Shown here one piece after another: positions 32,470 through 39,583 of a stretch of 39,583 nucleotides of DNA. The notes beneath the pieces are model-generated. The model ran no database searches, was not told where the DNA came from, and was given only the letters and a program-made list of their open reading frames with translations. Source of the stretch: a virus (lineage: Duplodnaviria; Caudoviricetes); the IMG/VR virus record IMGVR_UViG_3300022895_000230, positions 1 to 39,583 of that record. One strand, written 5' to 3'. Numbering within the stretch: the stretch's first letter is position 1; each line of letters opens with the position of its first letter. The position numbers and the translations under genes were made by a program.

Positions 32470-32822
32470 TGTTTCCGAAGGTCTACCGCACGATCCGCAC
32501 CGCGGCGGTTGAAGCCATCGTCGACACGCGAATCGGCCGGCACGGCGAAGTGTCCCAGACGGAGCAGCGCCCCTACATCACCTGGCAGATCGTGACCGGG
32601 ATGCCGTACGACAACCTCAGCGCGGCACCGGGGGGCGACTTCACCACGGTACAGCTGGACTGCTATCACCCGACCGACGCCGGCGCGGAACAGCTGGCGC
32701 TCGCGGTGCGTGCTGCCCTGGACGCGGCCCTGATCTGCAATCGCGTCGTGCTCGACAACCGAGATCCGGACACGAAGCTCTACCGGGTCGGTATGGAAGC
32801 CGACTTCATCGACCAGCGGTGA
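32469..32822 (+). CDS. Tail terminator (DUF3168-like)
   Basis: PYITWQ, VQLDCY, LA.AVRAAL, D.DTKLYR. Confidence 0.85.
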   Translation: MFPKVYRTIRTAAVEAIVDTRIGRHGEVSQTEQRPYITWQIVTGMPYDNLSAAPGGDFTTVQLDCYHPTDAGAEQLALAVRAALDAALICNRVVLDNRDPDTKLYRVGMEADFIDQR

Positions 32823-32846
32823 GCCGCTGGCACCACCCCCAACCCG

Positions 32847-32870
32847 ACCGCCGCAAGGCGGTTTTTCTTT
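32847..32870 (+). terminator. Intrinsic terminator-like hairpin
   Basis: ACCGCC-GCAA-GGCGGT-TTTTCTTT. Confidence 0.75.
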
Positions 32871-32887
32871 GACCAGAGGACTTTGCA

Positions 32888-33391
32888 ATGACCGAGGGCG
32901 TCATCAAAACCCAGGGGTCCGAGCTCTTCACCGTGGACAAGCTGAGTTCCAGCGTCGCCTCGGTCCTGAAGTTCGAGTGCCCGACTGGCATCACCGGCCT
33001 GGGCGGCGCGGCCGACCAGATTGAATCGACCTGTCTCGACACCAAGGGAGATAAGGAATACGAGGGCGGACTGGGCAACCCGGGGCAGCTGAGCGTGCCC
33101 TTCAACTTCATCCCGCGAAGCGGTTCCCACCAGATCCTCTTCGACCTCAAGGAATCCCGTGAAGTTCTGCCGTGGCTGATCGGGTTCAGCGATGGTGTCA
33201 CGCCGCCGACTCTCGATAGCGAGGACGAGTTGGTCGCGCCGGCATCGCCACTTCGCACCTCCATCGGGTTCCGGGGCTACGTGTCGGATCTGAACATCGA
33301 CATCGCAACCAACGAGATCGTGCGCGGGACCCTCACGATCCAGCGCAGCGGCAGCGTCATCCCCTATTGGAACGGGCCTTATTCGGCCTAA
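32888..33391 (+). CDS. Major tail tube protein
   Basis: KTQGS.L, GG.ADQIE.TCL, GL..PG, F.GYV; GAGGA RBS. Confidence 0.9.
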   Translation: MTEGVIKTQGSELFTVDKLSSSVASVLKFECPTGITGLGGAADQIESTCLDTKGDKEYEGGLGNPGQLSVPFNFIPRSGSHQILFDLKESREVLPWLIGFSDGVTPPTLDSEDELVAPASPLRTSIGFRGYVSDLNIDIATNEIVRGTLTIQRSGSVIPYWNGPYSA

Positions 33392-33475
33392 CGGCTTTCG
33401 CAGCACCCTTTCGGGGTGCCGGCTCTGCGCGCCCAGCCGTCGCGTATCCGGCACCCCACCTACAGAGAACGGCTG

Positions 33476-33796
33476 ATGGACAAGAGCAAGATCCTGACGA
33501 GCAATGCGCCCGTGCCGCGCGAAGTGAAGTTCAGCGATGGCACCATCGAGAAGGTCCACTTCAGGCAGGTGAGCGCGGGGCACATGCGGCGCTGGCGCGC
33601 GGCGGAAGCATCGGACAACGGCGAGGTGAAGTACTTCGCAATGCAAAAATTGGTCGCGGCGAGCCTGTGCGACGCTGACGGCAACCTGGTGCTGACGGAG
33701 GCAGAGTCGGAGAACCTGACACCTACCGGTCTGACCGACCTGTTCGAGCACGTGATTGCAGTTGCAGGCATCGGTGACGACGCAAAAAAGTTCTAG
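33476..33796 (+). CDS. Tail assembly chaperone (G-like)
   Basis: Between tail tube and tape measure; ends at slippery A AAA AAG. Confidence 0.85.
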   Translation: MDKSKILTSNAPVPREVKFSDGTIEKVHFRQVSAGHMRRWRAAEASDNGEVKYFAMQKLVAASLCDADGNLVLTEAESENLTPTGLTDLFEHVIAVAGIGDDAKKF

Positions 33797-34092
33797 CCGA
33801 GCGTGGACGCGAGTACTTCAGCTGCATCCTAGGCCTCGCGCTCGGCAAGACCCTTGGGGAGATCGACGATCTTCCCGAGCCTGAGTTCCAACGCTGGCTG
33901 GCGTTCTACCAGCTGTACCCGTTCGACGACCTCCATCGCTACCACCGGCCCGCGGCCTTGGTTGGCGCGAGCTTCGGCGGGTCGATCCAGAAGAACCTCG
34001 ACTATCTGCAGCCGGTTCCGGTTGTCCACGAATTCCCCGATGCCGATCTGCGCACCCTCGCAGCGTTCGGCCTGAAACCACCGAGAGGCTGA
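33784..34092 (+). CDS. -1 frameshift extension of tail chaperone (T-like; G-T fusion 33476-34092)
   Basis: A AAA AAG at 33784-33790; -1 frame reads ..LALGKTLGEI..EFQRWLAFYQLYPF..* to TGA 34090-34092. Confidence 0.85.
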   Translation, partial: KKVLAERGREYFSCILGLALGKTLGEIDDLPEPEFQRWLAFYQLYPFDDLHRYHRPAALVGASFGGSIQKNLDYLQPVPVVHEFPDADLRTLAAFGLKPPRG

Positions 34093-34096
34093 TCTG

Positions 34097-36238
34097 ATGG
34101 CAACTGCCGGCTCCATCGTCGTCGACCTGCTGATGAAGACCGGGTCGTTCGTGACGGACACTCAGCGCGCAGAGAGGTCCATGAAGGGGCTTGAGCGCAC
34201 TGCGGCCGGCGTCAGCAAGGGAATCGTAGCGGGCTTCACCGCGGTGGGCAGCGTCGTGGGCGGCGCGATCGCGGCTATTGCCAGCGTCGACGCCGCGATC
34301 GCCGGGCTCACCAACGCGATCAACGCCGCAGACCGCATTGACGAGCTGTCGGCCCGGTTCAGCATTTCGACGGAGACTCTTTCGGGCTGGGGCTACGCGG
34401 CCAAGATGACAGGCTCCGATCTGGAGTCGTTGGTCGGCATCATCCCGAAGTTCTCCAAGAACATCGCCGATGCTTCGAAGGCGGGCAGCGAGGCCGACAA
34501 GACCTTCAAGGCCCTCGGCATCTCGGTCAAGGACCAGGCCGGCAACCTGCGCAGCTTCGAAGACCTGCTGCCCGAAGTGCAGAACCGATTCGCGGGCATC
34601 AGCAACGAGACGACGAAGACGGCGCTGGCCATGCAGCTGTTCGGCAAGTCCGGCGCCGAGTTCCTGGAGTTCCTGAGCCTGGGCGCGGACGGACTGCGCA
34701 CCATGGAGGAACGTGCCCGGTCCCTCGGCATCGTGATCGACGCCGATACGGCTGGAGCAGCGGCCGAGTTCAACGACCGCGTAGACGACCTTCGAGCCGC
34801 GACGCAGGGCTGGTTCACCCAGCTGGCGGCGGAGTTGTTGCCGACGCTGACCGACCTCACCACGCAGCTGGTGGACATCGCCAGGGAGGGCGGTGGCGTC
34901 CGCGACATCGCCGCGTCCATCGCCAGCGCATTCCAGGAGATTGGCAAGGCGGCAGAGGTCTTCGGGGTTGTGGAGGGCTGGCTTGACCGTCTGCGAGGCG
35001 GCTTGGTGGGGGTCGAGAAGCAGGGCAACGCGGTGATCAAGCTGTTCACCGGGCAGTACAGCGGCGTGCTCGGCTCGCAAGGTGGTGGCTGGGAAGGCTT
35101 TGTGCGCGACTACCAAGCCGGCACCGAGTTCGCGGACAAGGGTTGGAAGGCGATGCAGGTCGGTCACGCCGGCATCCCCGAGGGCGCCCGCAGCGGGCCG
35201 CGCGGCCGCCGCACGCAGGCAACGGCTGACGAGATCCAGGCGACCAAAGACCAGACGGAACAGTTGCGGAAGGCTGCCGAGTGGGAGGGCAAGCTCCAGT
35301 CGCTGTGGGGCGAGAGCGCCGAGAAGTCCAAGCGGGCCTCCAGGGCGAAGAAGGAGGGGATGACCGAGGAGCAGAAGGCCGCGGAGGCGCTGGCCAAGTC
35401 CTACGACTCCCTCAACACCAGCATGGACCGTCGGCTCTACCTGCTTGAGCACGGCGACAGCCAGGCAGCCGCCGTGCAGTACGACATCGAGCGCGGCGAG
35501 CTGCAGACGCTGAGCGAAGAGCAGAAGGCCAACCTGCAGAACATGGCTCAGGTGATCGACGCCATGGAGGACTACAAGGCGATCTACGGCGACGGCATCG
35601 ACTCCATGGCGGGGAAGACCAAGGAAGCGACCGACTCGATGTCGGTGTTCGCCGACCAGGCGGCGCGCAACATGCAGAGTTCCTTCGCCGACTTCCTGTT
35701 CGACCCGTTCGAGGACGGGGTCGGTGGGCTGGTAGAAGGGTTCGCTGATGCCCTGAAGCGGATGGCAGCTGAAGCCGCATCCGCCGAGATCTTCAAAATG
35801 ATCGGCAACTGGGCGTCCAACTATCAGGGCACCGGCTCAAGCTGGATCAACACGGTCGGACAGGTGATCGGCAACTACTCCGGCGGCCGCGCCGGCGGTG
35901 GCCCGGTGGCCGGAGACAACGTGTATCGGGTCGGTGAGGGCGGCCGGCCGGAACTGTTCCAGCAGGGCGGCAAGTCGTACCTGATCCCGGGCGACGCCGG
36001 CTCCATCGTTCCGGTCACGGCCGGCATGAGTGCGTCCAGCGCAGCCGGCCCAGGCGGTGCGCCGGTCACCGTCATCACCAACGTCACCGTCACCGACGGC
36101 GGCACGCAGAGTACAACCAGCGGGAGCAGCGACCGCCTGGGGCAGCAGCTCGGCACGCTTGTCAGCAATCTGGTGAAAAAGGAAATGGTGCAGCAGATGA
36201 AGCCCGGCGGCCTGCTGTCGGCAGCGGGGGCGCGCTGA
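34097..36238 (+). CDS. Tape measure protein
   Basis: 713 aa Ala-rich helical; AMQLFGKSG; RAGGGPV..VGE.GRPELF. Confidence 0.93.
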   Translation: MATAGSIVVDLLMKTGSFVTDTQRAERSMKGLERTAAGVSKGIVAGFTAVGSVVGGAIAAIASVDAAIAGLTNAINAADRIDELSARFSISTETLSGWGYAAKMTGSDLESLVGIIPKFSKNIADASKAGSEADKTFKALGISVKDQAGNLRSFEDLLPEVQNRFAGISNETTKTALAMQLFGKSGAEFLEFLSLGADGLRTMEERARSLGIVIDADTAGAAAEFNDRVDDLRAATQGWFTQLAAELLPTLTDLTTQLVDIAREGGGVRDIAASIASAFQEIGKAAEVFGVVEGWLDRLRGGLVGVEKQGNAVIKLFTGQYSGVLGSQGGGWEGFVRDYQAGTEFADKGWKAMQVGHAGIPEGARSGPRGRRTQATADEIQATKDQTEQLRKAAEWEGKLQSLWGESAEKSKRASRAKKEGMTEEQKAAEALAKSYDSLNTSMDRRLYLLEHGDSQAAAVQYDIERGELQTLSEEQKANLQNMAQVIDAMEDYKAIYGDGIDSMAGKTKEATDSMSVFADQAARNMQSSFADFLFDPFEDGVGGLVEGFADALKRMAAEAASAEIFKMIGNWASNYQGTGSSWINTVGQVIGNYSGGRAGGGPVAGDNVYRVGEGGRPELFQQGGKSYLIPGDAGSIVPVTAGMSASSAAGPGGAPVTVITNVTVTDGGTQSTTSGSSDRLGQQLGTLVSNLVKKEMVQQMKPGGLLSAAGAR

Positions 36239-36239
36239 C

Positions 36240-36575
36240 ATGGCGGAGGTCTTCACCTGGTGCGTCCGCACCGATACCACCGGGACCGGCACCTTCGACG
36301 TGGCGGAAGCCCGTTTCGGCGATGGCTACCGCCAGACCGTATCGCAGGGACTCAACAACGAAAGCCAGCAGTGGCCGGTATCGATCGTGGGTCGCGCGGC
36401 CAAGATCGCCCCCGCTCGCGACTTCCTGCGGGCCCGAAAAGGTGGCGTGTCCTTCCTCTGGACGCCCCCACTCGGCGAGCAGGGCCTCTACCTCTGCAAG
36501 TCCTACAACCTCACCGCGCACGGCAATGGCGTCTACACGCTGAGTGCCACGTTCGAACAGACATTCCAGCCGTAA
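36240..36575 (+). CDS. Minor tail protein M-like
   Basis: FGDGY.Q....GLN, FLWTPP, LSATFEQ.F. Confidence 0.92.
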   Translation: MAEVFTWCVRTDTTGTGTFDVAEARFGDGYRQTVSQGLNNESQQWPVSIVGRAAKIAPARDFLRARKGGVSFLWTPPLGEQGLYLCKSYNLTAHGNGVYTLSATFEQTFQP

Positions 36576-36584
36576 GGAAACTTC

Positions 36585-37040
36585 ATGGCACGTCAGATAA
36601 TCGACACCACAACCCCGAACGGGGCCTACATCGGGGATCCAGCAAAGGTCGCATTCAACAAGACGAACGCGAACTTTCTTGAGCTCTACGACACCACGGC
36701 CGGAAAGGTTTCGAAAGGCGCCAATGGCACATGGCCGGACGTCATCCCGACGGCCTGGAACCTGTGGGAAGGCTCCCGGGTCATCCAAGCCTTTGGTAGC
36801 GGTGTGGCCAACGCGCCCGTCACGTTCGGGGTGGCCATCGCGTGGGCCAACACTGCGCCGGACGCCGCCGGCCAGTTCACCAAGGCGAACGGCCGGTGGA
36901 TCAATCAGATCGCTTTCGGCACGAACAACGACGTCTACTTCAGCCAATCGATCAACGGGAACCAGTTTGGAACGTGGCGCCAGTTCTGGCATTCGGGCAA
37001 CACCACCGTTGACGCCAACAACTTCATCAAGCGAGCCTGA
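36585..37040 (+). CDS. Short tail-fibre-like protein
   Basis: GD..K.AF.K.N.NF.ELY N-terminus; WRQFWHSGNTTVDANNFIK C-terminus. Confidence 0.65.
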   Translation: MARQIIDTTTPNGAYIGDPAKVAFNKTNANFLELYDTTAGKVSKGANGTWPDVIPTAWNLWEGSRVIQAFGSGVANAPVTFGVAIAWANTAPDAAGQFTKANGRWINQIAFGTNNDVYFSQSINGNQFGTWRQFWHSGNTTVDANNFIKRA

Positions 37041-37041
37041 A

Positions 37042-37479
37042 ATGCAGCAGACGATCAGCGTTGCACTGAACATCCGGTCGGATGGAACCACGGTCTTGGA
37101 AGGTGAACACTCACCAGGCACCAGCACTGGCATCGGCTTTGAACATATCGGTATCGCGAGTGAGCGAGTGGAATTGGGCACCTACCGCGTCTACGGGCCC
37201 GGCATTGCTGTGCCCGATGGCTGGCGCGCTAGCGTGTTCCGCGATGAGAACGACCAGCCGACTGTGTTTCTGGCGATCTCGGCCGGTAATGGGTACGTGG
37301 AGTATCGTTGCACCCAGCCCGGCTCGGCCACGCCCAAGGACATCGTGAACCTGCTGACAGTCCGCGTGACTGTCACCATCGAAGTGCCTGAAATGCCGGA
37401 GATGCCCCCAGCGCAGGAAGGCCAGTCAACTGGCGCCGATGACCAAGCATCAGGTCCGCAGGTTGAACTAGCGGTATGA
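37042..37479 (+). CDS. Tail-fibre-associated protein
   Basis: R...GTY.V.G, D.NDQP, P.DI...L.VRV pattern; directly after fibre-like gene. Confidence 0.6.
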   Translation: MQQTISVALNIRSDGTTVLEGEHSPGTSTGIGFEHIGIASERVELGTYRVYGPGIAVPDGWRASVFRDENDQPTVFLAISAGNGYVEYRCTQPGSATPKDIVNLLTVRVTVTIEVPEMPEMPPAQEGQSTGADDQASGPQVELAV

Positions 37480-38168
37480 TTACTGCCGATGCCCAGCAGC
37501 TTGAGCCTGGTGGCAGGGTCACGGTGTATGAGCTGGACTGCACCAGCTTCGGGGCAGACCAGCTGTACTTCCACCAGCACCTGCAAACCGGGGTGATCTG
37601 GTGGCAGGGGCAGGAGTACGGCGCTTGGCCGATAGAGGCCACTGGGTTCGAACGGACCAGCGACCAGCCGCCGAACCCGCGGCTGCGCGTGAGCAACATC
37701 GACGGCCGTATCGGCGCCCTGTGCCTGCTGTTCGATGACCTGGCGGGCGCGCGCCTCATCCGCCGGCAAACGCTGGTGAAGTACCTGGATGCGGCGAACT
37801 TCCCAGGCGGGAACCCGACGGCTGACCCGGGCGAGCACTTTCCCGACGAGATCTGGTTCATTGAGCGCAAGGTCTCCGAGGACTTCGAGACCATCGAGTT
37901 CGAGCTGACCACCGCGATCGATCTGAATGGCGAGCAGCTGCCGGGCCGGCAGTGCCTTCCGTTCTGCAGCTGGATCCTCCGCGGCGGATATCGCGGGCCG
38001 TACTGCACCTACAACGGCCCGCCGGTGGCGGACATCAACGATCAGCCCACGGACGATCCAGCCAAGGACGACTGCAGCGGCTTGGTCCGCGCCTGCAAGA
38101 TGAGGTTTGGCGAGAACAACCCGCTGCCGCATGGCGGAACCCCCGCTGCCGGCCTGCTGCGCACCTGA
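37476..38168 (+). CDS. Minor tail protein L
   Basis: WQGQEY..WPI...GF, R..TL.KYLDA.NF, C.W....YRG..C.Y.G, D.C....AC..RF. Confidence 0.95.
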   Translation: MITADAQQLEPGGRVTVYELDCTSFGADQLYFHQHLQTGVIWWQGQEYGAWPIEATGFERTSDQPPNPRLRVSNIDGRIGALCLLFDDLAGARLIRRQTLVKYLDAANFPGGNPTADPGEHFPDEIWFIERKVSEDFETIEFELTTAIDLNGEQLPGRQCLPFCSWILRGGYRGPYCTYNGPPVADINDQPTDDPAKDDCSGLVRACKMRFGENNPLPHGGTPAAGLLRT

Positions 38169-38210
38169 CCGCCTGCACCCCCCTACAAATTCCCGCTGCA
38201 CCTGCAGCCC

Positions 38211-38234
38211 CAGCCCGCCTCGCGCGGGCTTTCT
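38211..38234 (+). terminator. Hairpin between L and K
   Basis: AGCCCGC-ctcgc-GCGGGCT-TTCT. Confidence 0.5.
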
Positions 38235-38247
38235 GATGGGCGAGACC

Positions 38248-38988
38248 ATGCAACAGAGCACCCTGCAGGCCATCCAGACACATGCCGTGGCCGAGTATCC
38301 CCGCGAGTGCTGCGGGCTGGTGGTGGCCACCGCCGAGGGCGAGCGCTACATCCCCTGCCAGAACACCGCCGTGACGCCCAGCGAGCACTTTCGCCTGCCT
38401 GCCGCGGACTATGCAGCAGCTGAGGACCTGGGCGAGCTCCTTGCGGTGGTGCACAGCCACCCGAACGCCGCCGCGCACCCATCGGACGCAGACCGCGTCA
38501 TGTGTGAGGAGAGCGGCTTGGTGTGGCACATCGTGAGCGTCGGCCAGGTTGCCGGCGAGGCGCCGGAGTGCGCTGACCTCCAGACCATCCAGCCTTGCGG
38601 ATTCCGAGCGCCTCTGGTCGGCCGGCAGTTCGCGCACGGGGTGCTCGACTGCTACACGCTGGTGCGGGACTTCTACGCCACGAAGCTCGGCGTGCGCCTG
38701 TCGCAGTACGAGCGCGAGGACGACTGGTGGGAAAAGGGCCAGGACCTCTACAGCATGGACCGCTTGCTGGCAGAAGGCTTCGAGCCCGCTACCGGTGAGC
38801 TGCAGCGCGGCGACATGATCCTGATGCAGATCCGGTCGACGGTTACCAACCATGCCGGCGTCTACGTCGGCGACGGGCAGATGCTGCACCATCTCCACGG
38901 CAGGCTTTCGGAGCGTGTGCCGTATGGCGGCATGTGGGCCGAGCGCACCCGCTGCATTGTCCGCCACCGCGAGGTGTGCCATGACTGA
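38248..38988 (+). CDS. Tail tip protein K (JAB + NlpC/P60)
   Basis: PRECCG, VHSHP..PSDAD, DCYTLVRD.Y, NHAGVY.G...LHH. Confidence 0.95.
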   Translation: MQQSTLQAIQTHAVAEYPRECCGLVVATAEGERYIPCQNTAVTPSEHFRLPAADYAAAEDLGELLAVVHSHPNAAAHPSDADRVMCEESGLVWHIVSVGQVAGEAPECADLQTIQPCGFRAPLVGRQFAHGVLDCYTLVRDFYATKLGVRLSQYEREDDWWEKGQDLYSMDRLLAEGFEPATGELQRGDMILMQIRSTVTNHAGVYVGDGQMLHHLHGRLSERVPYGGMWAERTRCIVRHREVCHD

Positions 38989-39583
38989 GCGCGTACGGAC
39001 CGTGATCCTCTCGGGACCGCTGGGCAGAGAATTCGGCCGCGAGTTCCGGCTGGCGGTGAACAGCCCAGCGGAGGCCGTACGCGCGCTGTGCATCCTGGTG
39101 CCAGGCTTTCAGCAGTTCCTGGCCAAAGCTAAGGCGCGGGGTCTGGAGTTCGCGGTCTTCATTGGCCGCCAGAATCTCAGCGTCCAGCAGCTCAACGATC
39201 CGCCGGGCAGGGACGTGATTCGCATCGCGCCCGTGCTGGTGGGGGCGAAGCGGGGTGGTGTTCTGCAGACCATCGTTGGCGTGGTGCTGATCGTCGTCGG
39301 CGTCGTGCTGAATGCCTACACCGGAGTCAGCGGCACCCCCTTCATCAACCTCGGCGTCAGCATGGTGGTTGGTGGCGTTGTTCAGATGCTCTCGCCCCAG
39401 CCGAAGGGGCTTGGGGCCAAGGACAGCGCCGAGAACGCGCCGAGCTACAGCATGAACGGGACGGTCAATACGCAGGCTCAAGGCAACCCGGTGCCGCTCG
39501 CCTACGGCGGCCATGACACCAAGGGCATGCTGGTCGGCTCAGCCGTCATCAGCGGCGGCATCCTGGCGGAGGATCAACAGTGA
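38981..39583 (+). CDS. Tail assembly protein I
   Basis: L.G.LG..FG, AEAVRAL, GAK.GG.LQTI.G, NT.AQG.PVP..YG...VGSAVIS. Confidence 0.95.
   Translation: MTERVRTVILSGPLGREFGREFRLAVNSPAEAVRALCILVPGFQQFLAKAKARGLEFAVFIGRQNLSVQQLNDPPGRDVIRIAPVLVGAKRGGVLQTIVGVVLIVVGVVLNAYTGVSGTPFINLGVSMVVGGVVQMLSPQPKGLGAKDSAENAPSYSMNGTVNTQAQGNPVPLAYGGHDTKGMLVGSAVISGGILAEDQQ

Larger units (their letters stand above)
1..39583. mobile_element. Lambdoid temperate siphophage/prophage (partial; no integrase, att or tail fibre J in window)
   Basis: Ordered modules: recombination, immunity, replication, Q/lysis, terminase, HK97-type head, lambda-type tail. Confidence 0.97.

Noticed and set aside
22512-35452. Long minus-strand ORFs opposite terL, capsid, portal and tape measure
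   Set aside because: Shadow frames of well-supported structural genes; they show that open antisense frames alone are weak evidence here.
1-39583. Integrase, att site, transposase, reverse transcriptase or diversity-generating retroelement
   Set aside because: No matching motifs or template/variable repeat pair seen; integrase probably lies left of the window.

Overview
GC-rich temperate lambdoid siphophage or prophage. Host is probably Xanthomonadaceae, e.g. Stenotrophomonas-like (inference from GC content and gene repertoire). The window runs from an AlpA/Xis-like gene to tail gene I; integrase, att sites and the host-specificity fibre J are not in it. Layout: leftward early operon (1-10906: AlpA, 5'-nucleotidase, HNH-like, SutA-like, Exo, Bet, KTSC, small ORFs); immunity region with 17-bp operators (10958-12692); rightward early operon (CII-like, O-like initiator with iterons, DnaB, DUF1367-like, Ref, RuvC-like, Q-like); pR'/tR'; tRNA-Trp and tRNA-Met; lysis cassette; HK97-type head genes in a rearranged order; lambda-type tail genes. 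Most notable: (1) three counter-oriented membrane-protein genes inside the early operons, each backed on the operon strand by an open frame whose start and stop overlap the neighbouring genes' stop and start codons; (2) a sialyltransferase/Maf-like + methyltransferase + glycosyltransferase cassette among the head-tail joining genes; (3) an apparently inactive T4-lysozyme-fold gene beside a motif-divergent GH19 endolysin; (4) a covarying hairpin repeat and switch-like structured RNA around KTSC; (5) many early proteins ending in Ala-Ala. All protein family calls are from motif recognition by eye, not database searches.
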